Assembly (NCBI GenBank): GCA_944384415.1
Contig: CALWTF010000018.1
Span: 2,605 to 66,604 of the forward strand
Source: an uncultured Clostridia bacterium
GTDB taxonomy: Bacteria > Bacillota > Clostridia > Christensenellales > UBA1242
Direction of reading: 5' to 3'
Length of the DNA: 64,000 bases
In this document: positions 56,596 through 64,000 of the stretch, in pieces
How the letters are laid out: every line of letters begins with the position of its first letter
How positions within the stretch are numbered: the first letter of the stretch is position 1
Notes under the pieces: generated by a model
Told to the model about the DNA's origin: nothing
The model's database searches: none
Seen by the model: the letters and a program-made list of their open reading frames with translations, nothing else
Program-made: the position numbers and the translations under genes

Positions 56596-57171
56596 ATGTC
56601 AAAACATCAAAAAAAGAATATTGACCAGTTAGATACGGAAATGAAAATAAGTGAAGAAGAAAAGGCAACAATTGACCCGTATTTTGACCCAACTGTTCCC
56701 GAAGAGGGAGATATTATACCCCCCCAAGACTTAAATTTAAAGCTACAAATTGAAAAAGAAAACAGTTTGGCATTGACTAAGATGTTACAGCAACTTAAAG
56801 CTGATTTTGAAAATTATAAGAAAAGAAATTCAAAACTTGAGCTTGAAGCATATCAAAAAGGAATTTTTGAAGCAGTTAAGGTTTTGTTACCTTCTTATGA
56901 TGCGATTAACAGTGCATTAAAACAAGAGTTGGATAATGAAACTAAACAAGGGCTTTTAATGATTGAACGAGAATATTTGAAAGCCTTGGAAGGTTTAAGT
57001 ATTACACCAATAAAAGCAGTTGGTGAAAAATTTGACCATAACTTGCATAATGCTTTGCTAACTGAACAAGTTGAAGGTACAGAACCAGATATAGTTCTTG
57101 AAGAATTACAAAAAGGTTTTATATCACCAAATGGTGTTGTAAGATATAGTTTGGTGAAAATATCAAAATAA
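56596..57171 (+). CDS. grpE: Nucleotide exchange factor GrpE
   Basis: LQQLKADFENYKKR and FDHNLHNAL motifs; operon position. Confidence 0.9.
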   Translation: MSKHQKKNIDQLDTEMKISEEEKATIDPYFDPTVPEEGDIIPPQDLNLKLQIEKENSLALTKMLQQLKADFENYKKRNSKLELEAYQKGIFEAVKVLLPSYDAINSALKQELDNETKQGLLMIEREYLKALEGLSITPIKAVGEKFDHNLHNALLTEQVEGTEPDIVLEELQKGFISPNGVVRYSLVKISK

Positions 57172-57221
57172 AACTAACGCAAGAAATTGCTAAATATATT
57201 AAAATTAAATTAAGGAGATAA

Positions 57222-59054
<1,833 letters not shown>

Positions 59055-59082
59055 TATAAAATAAAAAAACGGAGATAAAAAA

Positions 59083-60237
59083 GTGGCAAAAAACTATTAT
59101 GAAACTTTGGGTATTAATAAATCTGCTAGTAGTGATGAAATAAAAAGCGCTTACAGAAAATTAGCAAAACAATATCACCCTGACCTTAACAAAAGCCCTG
59201 ATGCAGCCACCAAATTTAAGGAAATAAACGAAGCCTATGAAGTTTTAAGTGATGCCACTAAAAAAGCAAACTATGATAAATATGGCAACGCAAATGGACC
59301 AAATCCAAATGACTTTTTTGGTGGTGGAGCAGGTGCTTCAGGTGCTGGTGGATTTGGTGGCGGATTTGGAAATGGCTTTGGTAGTTTTGGTGGATTTGAA
59401 GACATATTTAATATGTTTTCTGGTTTTGGAGGAAGTAGTTCAACAAGGTCATCTGCGGTTGCTGGAAATACATTAACATTAAAATTGCAACTTAAATTTG
59501 AAGAAGCTGTTTTTGGTGTAAAACGAACAATAAACCTTGTAAGAACTGAAGCTTGTTCTCATTGTAACGGAACAGGTGCAAAAAACGGAACTGGTTTTAA
59601 TACTTGCCCTGATTGTGGAGGTTCTGGTCAAGTTCGATATGAACAGAATACTTTGTTTGGGCGTATGGTAAATGTTGGTGCTTGTAAACGATGTGGTGGA
59701 ACAGGTAAAATTGTTAAAGAAAAATGTGAACACTGTTCAGGTAAAGGTTATGCAAGAACTAACAGTTCAATAACAGTTGATATACCAGCTGGTATTGATG
59801 ATGGTCAAGTTTTAACATTGCGTGGTTATGGTGATGCTGGTTTGCGGGGCGGTCCTAATGGAGATTTACAAATTGTTATTTCCGTTGAAAATCATAAAAT
59901 GTTACAACGAGATGGCTTTGATATAAAACTAGATTTACCAGTGCCTTTCCAAATTGCTTTATTAGGGGGTAAAGTGGTTATTCCAAGCTTAGAAGGTAAG
60001 CTTGAACTTAATATCCCTGAAAACACTCAACCAAACACTATTTTAAAGCTTAAAGGCAAGGGTATTAAACATCTTAATAGGAATGTTTACGGAGATATGT
60101 ATATAAAGGTTTGTGTTGAACTACCTAAAAGCTTAGACAGAAAGAAAAAAGATATGATAAAAGAATTTTCTAATTTGTTATCAGAATCTAATTATGAACA
60201 ATATTCACGCTATTTAAGCAAGTTAAAATCGCTTTAA
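59083..60237 (+). CDS. dnaJ: Molecular chaperone DnaJ
   Basis: J domain with YHPD, a G/F-rich linker, and four CxxCxGxG zinc-finger repeats. GTG start behind GGAG. Confidence 0.95.
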   Translation: MAKNYYETLGINKSASSDEIKSAYRKLAKQYHPDLNKSPDAATKFKEINEAYEVLSDATKKANYDKYGNANGPNPNDFFGGGAGASGAGGFGGGFGNGFGSFGGFEDIFNMFSGFGGSSSTRSSAVAGNTLTLKLQLKFEEAVFGVKRTINLVRTEACSHCNGTGAKNGTGFNTCPDCGGSGQVRYEQNTLFGRMVNVGACKRCGGTGKIVKEKCEHCSGKGYARTNSSITVDIPAGIDDGQVLTLRGYGDAGLRGGPNGDLQIVISVENHKMLQRDGFDIKLDLPVPFQIALLGGKVVIPSLEGKLELNIPENTQPNTILKLKGKGIKHLNRNVYGDMYIKVCVELPKSLDRKKKDMIKEFSNLLSESNYEQYSRYLSKLKSL

Positions 60238-60264
60238 AAATTCGCCTTAGTTAGGCGAATTTTT
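60236..60264 (+). terminator. Rho-independent terminator after dnaJ
   Basis: AAAATTCGCCT-tagtt-AGGCGAATTTT. Confidence 0.8.
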
Positions 60265-60344
60265 AATTTTTACTAATTTTTTATTTGTTGACTTTTAGTA
60301 TTTATAATGATAACATTAGTTAAAAATTTAATTAAAGGACTAAA

Positions 60345-61079
60345 ATGGCAAGAAGATTTTTTATAAATGAAAGTGATATAAATAATGATTATGTAACAAT
60401 TACAGGTTCGGAACATTTGCATTTAAGCAAGGTTTTGCGATGTAAAATTGGTGATAATATTACGGTTGGAACAATTGATGGGCTTGTTCTTGATTGTTGC
60501 ATAAAAGAAATAAACAAAAATAAGACTATAGCACAAATTCAGCAAAAAATTTTAATGGCTAAACCTAACTATAATATAACATTGTTTCAAGCAATTATAA
60601 AAGGCGAAAGAATGGAATGGGCAGTTGAAAAATGTACCGAATTGGGTGTTACAAATATTGTTCCATTTACAAGCAGTTTTACAACGGTAAAAGCAAGTGA
60701 TAATAAGCAAGCAAAACTAAACAGATTGGCAATAGAAGCTTGTAAACAATGTGGAAGAGTTTTTCCGCCAGTAATTGATAATGTTGTTTCATTTAATCAG
60801 TGTTTAAATCAATTAAAAAGCTTTTCACAAATATTTTTGGCTTATGAAAATGAAAATTCAAGTGCTAAAGATGTAATTAAGGGATTAAACATAAATGAAA
60901 ATATTGCATTAATAGTTGGTAGTGAGGGTGGATTTTCAAGTGAAGAAGTTGAAAAATTTAAAAATTTGGGTGCTAAATGTTTATCATTAGGGAAAAACAT
61001 TTTAAGGGCAGAAACTTCAGCTGTTGCTTTATCATCAGTTATTATGTACGAATTAAACCTGTGGAAAAAAGATTTTTAA
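60345..61079 (+). CDS. rsmE: 16S rRNA (uracil1498-N3)-methyltransferase RsmE
   Basis: MARRFFI start, PUA-like N-terminus, and SPOUT C-terminus (IVGSEGGFSSEEV, LGKNILRAETS). Confidence 0.85.
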   Translation: MARRFFINESDINNDYVTITGSEHLHLSKVLRCKIGDNITVGTIDGLVLDCCIKEINKNKTIAQIQQKILMAKPNYNITLFQAIIKGERMEWAVEKCTELGVTNIVPFTSSFTTVKASDNKQAKLNRLAIEACKQCGRVFPPVIDNVVSFNQCLNQLKSFSQIFLAYENENSSAKDVIKGLNINENIALIVGSEGGFSSEEVEKFKNLGAKCLSLGKNILRAETSAVALSSVIMYELNLWKKDF

Positions 61080-61146
61080 GTTATAGTTTAAACAAAAATT
61101 AAATTTTGTTATAATTTACTAAATAAAAAGATGTTTGGAGAAAAAA

Positions 61147-62409
61147 ATGAAAATTGCTATGTTAACACTAGGTTGCAAAGTTAACCAGTATGAAGCAGAC
61201 AGTATTGCAAAAATGTTTGTTGACAAAGGTTACGAAGTGGTAAATGATTTGGAAAGTGATTGTGACTTAGTTATATTATCTACTTGTGCTGTAACAAATG
61301 AGGCTGAGCGTAAGTCAAGACAAATGGTTTCAAAAATTAATAAAGCTTGTCCTAATGCAAAAATTTTGGTTTGTGGTTGTGCAAGTCAACATAATCCAAA
61401 TAATTTTGTTAATAAAAAAAATGTAGGAATAGTTTTAGGAACAAGCAGTAAACAATTAGTTCCTGATTTAATTAATGAAAAAGGTGCTTATGTTGTAGAA
61501 CCACCATTAGATTTTGAGAAAATGCCAACCCCAATAAAGCACAGGACAAGAGCATATGTAAAAGTTCAAGATGGTTGCAATAACTTTTGTTCTTATTGCT
61601 TAATTCCATTTTTGCGTGGTAGATGTCGTAGTAAAAGTTTGGAGGAATGTTTAGTTGAGTGTTTTCAAGTTGCGCGTCAAAGTCGAGAAATAGTTTTAAC
61701 TGGTATTAATCTTTCTGCTTGGGGGCAAGATTTTAACAAAGAGCTTAAAGATTTGCTTGCTTCACTTTCAACAATAAATGCAAGAATAAGACTAAGTTCA
61801 ATGGAAATGAATATTATAAACAATGATTTTATTAAAACAATAAAAGAAATGCCAAATTTTTGCGAACATTTTCATTTAAGTATGCAAAGTGGTTGTGATA
61901 AAACATTAAAAGATATGAACCGACACTATACTAGTGAACAATTTTTAGAGAAAGTTAAAATGTTAAGGAATGCTTTTCCAAACTGTAATATTACAACTGA
62001 TATTATTGTTGGGTACCCAACAGAAACCGAACAAGATTTTAATCAAACTTTAGAAACTGTTAAAAAGGCGAAATTTGGTTTTATACATATTTTTCCATAT
62101 TCTCGCAGGGGGGGAACTGTTGCAAGTAGGTTGCCATTAATAGAACCAGAAATTGTGGCTAATCGTGTTGAAAAAATAACAAAATTACGCGATGAGCTGG
62201 AAAAACAATTTTTACAAGAACAAGTAGGAAAGTATCACGAATTTCTTGCTGAACAAGAAAAAGACGGTTTTTGGATTGGACATTCAAGAAATTTTACGAA
62301 AATATATGTTCAATCAAATAAAATCAAATCGGGCGATATACTAACAGTTATTGTTATAAAATCTTTTAAAGATGGCGTTTTAGCAAATGTTATTGAAACT
62401 GTTGATTAA
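61147..62409 (+). CDS. mtaB: tRNA t6A37 methylthiotransferase MtaB (YqeV-like)
   Basis: UPF0004 N-terminal domain (TLGCKVNQYE), radical SAM CNNFCSYC, and a TRAM-like C-terminus. Follows rsmE as in B. subtilis yqeU-yqeV. Confidence 0.85.
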   Translation: MKIAMLTLGCKVNQYEADSIAKMFVDKGYEVVNDLESDCDLVILSTCAVTNEAERKSRQMVSKINKACPNAKILVCGCASQHNPNNFVNKKNVGIVLGTSSKQLVPDLINEKGAYVVEPPLDFEKMPTPIKHRTRAYVKVQDGCNNFCSYCLIPFLRGRCRSKSLEECLVECFQVARQSREIVLTGINLSAWGQDFNKELKDLLASLSTINARIRLSSMEMNIINNDFIKTIKEMPNFCEHFHLSMQSGCDKTLKDMNRHYTSEQFLEKVKMLRNAFPNCNITTDIIVGYPTETEQDFNQTLETVKKAKFGFIHIFPYSRRGGTVASRLPLIEPEIVANRVEKITKLRDELEKQFLQEQVGKYHEFLAEQEKDGFWIGHSRNFTKIYVQSNKIKSGDILTVIVIKSFKDGVLANVIETVD

Positions 62410-62424
62410 TAAGGAGAATATAAA

Positions 62425-62760
62425 ATGAAAGATTGTGTTTTTTGTAAAATTATAAATAATGAATTACCTTCAAAAAAGCTATATGAAGATGATGAGATGT
62501 TAATTTTTGAAAATATAAATAAAAGTGCTAAATTACATTATTTAGCAATACCAAAAAATCATTATGCTCATTTATCCGAGGCTTCTAATAAACAAGCTGA
62601 AGTTTTAGGTAAAATTTTGGTTAAAATTCCACAATTACAACAAATTTTACATATTGAAAATGGTTACAGACTTATAATAAATCAAGGCAAAGATGGTGGT
62701 CAGGAAATTGAGCATTTGCATATACATATTTTAGGTGGTGAAAAGTTACCAAGTTTTTAA
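62425..62760 (+). CDS. HIT-family (histidine triad) nucleotide-binding protein
   Basis: CVFCKII N-terminus and the HLHIHILGG histidine triad. Confidence 0.9.
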   Translation: MKDCVFCKIINNELPSKKLYEDDEMLIFENINKSAKLHYLAIPKNHYAHLSEASNKQAEVLGKILVKIPQLQQILHIENGYRLIINQGKDGGQEIEHLHIHILGGEKLPSF

Positions 62761-62789
62761 CATATAAATTTATTAAATAAAGGGAAAAA

Positions 62790-63344
62790 ATGAAAAATAA
62801 TTTAAACAATCAAGATAAACCGCAAAAACCACAAAATTTTGTGTTAGGTATAATATTAATAATTATTGGCATTGTATTATTCTTTAATTTTTTTGTCAGC
62901 TTTTTTATATCTGCCTTTTTAGGTTTTAAATTAACATTTTTTTTCAATTTACCACTTAATGTTTCAATGATACTACTTTGCGTAGCTTGGATATTGATTG
63001 CTATTGGTTTAAGGCTTATAAGAAATAATAATCTTAAAAAAACAAATAAATTAGAAAATTACAATAATAACAATGAAAACAATAATGTGGAACAAGATGT
63101 TGTGATATTAGGTGACAATGAAACATTATATATAAAAAAATGTTTATATTGTGGTGCAGAAAATAAATCTACATCTAAATTTTGTGATGCGTGTGGAAAA
63201 AAATTTGATGTTATAGTTCAAGAAAATAATAACGAATTACAAAATAAAAATGAAAAAGAATTAACAAAAAAAGTATGTCCAAATTGTAATTGGGAAAATG
63301 AACCAACAGATAAATTTTGTCGTAATTGTGGCGAAAAGATTTAA
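62790..63344 (+). CDS. Membrane protein with two C-terminal zinc-ribbon motifs
   Basis: Two or three hydrophobic helices, an Asn-rich linker, then CLYCGAENKSTSKFCDACG and CPNCNWENEPTDKFCRNCG. Confidence 0.55.
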   Translation: MKNNLNNQDKPQKPQNFVLGIILIIIGIVLFFNFFVSFFISAFLGFKLTFFFNLPLNVSMILLCVAWILIAIGLRLIRNNNLKKTNKLENYNNNNENNNVEQDVVILGDNETLYIKKCLYCGAENKSTSKFCDACGKKFDVIVQENNNELQNKNEKELTKKVCPNCNWENEPTDKFCRNCGEKI

Positions 63345-63414
63345 AAAATGTTGACATAATTATTTTTATGTGTTAAAATAAAAAAGATTTTTTAACGAAG
63401 GTGGTGAGAAAAGT

Positions 63415-63591
63415 ATGACAATGGTTGTTGTTGGTAAAGATGAAAGTCTTGACAGCGCATTAAAACGCTTTAAGCGTAAATGCCAAAAAGATGGCATTAT
63501 TGGCGACCTTCGTAAACACGAGGCTTACGAAAAACCAAGTGTAAAACGCAAAAGAAAAAGCGAAGCAGCACGAAAAAGAAATCGTAAATAA
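63415..63591 (+). CDS. rpsU: 30S ribosomal protein S21
   Basis: Own translation (58 aa, below the track cutoff): [77 protein letters not shown]...TAAAAT promoter lies upstream. Confidence 0.9.
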   Translation: MTMVVVGKDESLDSALKRFKRKCQKDGIIGDLRKHEAYEKPSVKRKRKSEAARKRNRK

Positions 63592-63596
63592 AAAAC

Positions 63597-63623
63597 AAAA
63601 CTGTTCAAAAGAACAGTTTTTTT
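63597..63623 (+). terminator. Rho-independent terminator after rpsU
   Basis: AAAACTGTTC-aaaa-GAACAGTTTT followed by a T-run. Confidence 0.8.
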
Positions 63624-63712
63624 ATTGATTTTTTTAAGGGAATACAAAGTTTGTTGATTTTTTATACACTTTTATGATATAACTAAATAATTAACAAAGT
63701 AAAAGGTAATTT

Positions 63713-64000
63713 ATGTTAGCAAAAGTTAAAAGTTTGGGGTTAGTTGGTATAAATGGGTATCAAGTGGTTGTAGAGGCTGATTTAAACAGTGGATTGCCAA
63801 AATTTGATATAGTTGGGTTACCAGATGCATCAATAAAAGAAAGTAAAGAACGAATTCGTAGTGCAATTAAAAATTCGGGCTTTGGTTTTCCAATGAATAA
63901 ATTAACAGTTAATTTAGCACCTGCTGATATAAAAAAGGAAGGTCCTGTTTTTGATTTACCAATAGCAGTAGCACTGTTAGTTTGCACTGGTGAAATTACT
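63713..64000 (+). CDS. comM: YifB/ComM-family Mg-chelatase-like ATPase, N-terminal part (runs off the right edge)
   Basis: Own translation: MLAKVKSLGLVGINGYQVVVEADLNSGLPKFDIVGLPDASIKESKERIRSAIKNSGFGFPMNKLTVNLAPADIKKEGPVFDLPIAVALL. This is the typical ComM/YifB Lon-like N-terminal domain. Confidence 0.8.
   Translation, partial: MLAKVKSLGLVGINGYQVVVEADLNSGLPKFDIVGLPDASIKESKERIRSAIKNSGFGFPMNKLTVNLAPADIKKEGPVFDLPIAVALLVCTGEIT

Noticed and set aside
63760-63987. 75-aa minus-strand ORF at the right edge.
   Set aside because: The plus strand here encodes a clear ComM/YifB N-terminal domain starting at 63713, so the minus ORF is its shadow.

Overview
AT-rich, low-GC Bacillota (Firmicutes)-type chromosomal segment. 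It uses the standard bacterial code: TGA closes conserved genes such as tsaE, the trmR-like gene and plsX, so this is not a code-4 Mollicute. All family assignments come from motifs I recognise in the translations; no database search was possible. Roughly three quarters of the window is tightly packed core housekeeping. This includes nth-obg-yhbY, rsfS, tsaE-tsaB::rimI, an alpha/beta hydrolase-murF-ddl unit, murG, and a type IIA topoisomerase pair best read as parE-parC. It also includes a NodB deacetylase, two Fe-S-type U32 proteins (one next to a TrmR-like O-methyltransferase), RNase J and tmcAL. Further along are rpmF-plsX-rnc-smc-GNAT-ftsY, lepA-hemW, the CIRCE-controlled hrcA-grpE-dnaK-dnaJ operon followed by rsmE-mtaB-hit, rpsU, and the start of a comM/yifB-like gene. 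I saw no rRNA, tRNA, CRISPR array, transposase or integrase. The standout is a ~14 kb phage-derived block at about 22.3-36.4 kb. It carries a sigma-region-4-like regulator with a perfect LexA/Cheo-type palindrome upstream, a large terminase, a portal, a scaffold-like protein and two tandem paralogous major capsid proteins followed by a strong terminator. These are followed by a short-tail-like set of virion genes and a BhlA/XhlA-like plus XhlB/BhlB-like holin pair. The block has no integrase, replication, lysogeny, tape-measure or endolysin genes, and core genes flank it on both sides. I read it as a candidate domesticated phage-like particle or gene-transfer-agent-type locus with PBSX-like control logic but podovirus-like parts; a decaying prophage remnant is the alternative. 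Secondary oddities: a MurF whose N-terminal domain is replaced by a polytopic membrane domain, a TsaB-RimI fusion, a tandem OB-fold protein, and low-complexity extensions on RNase J and RsfS.
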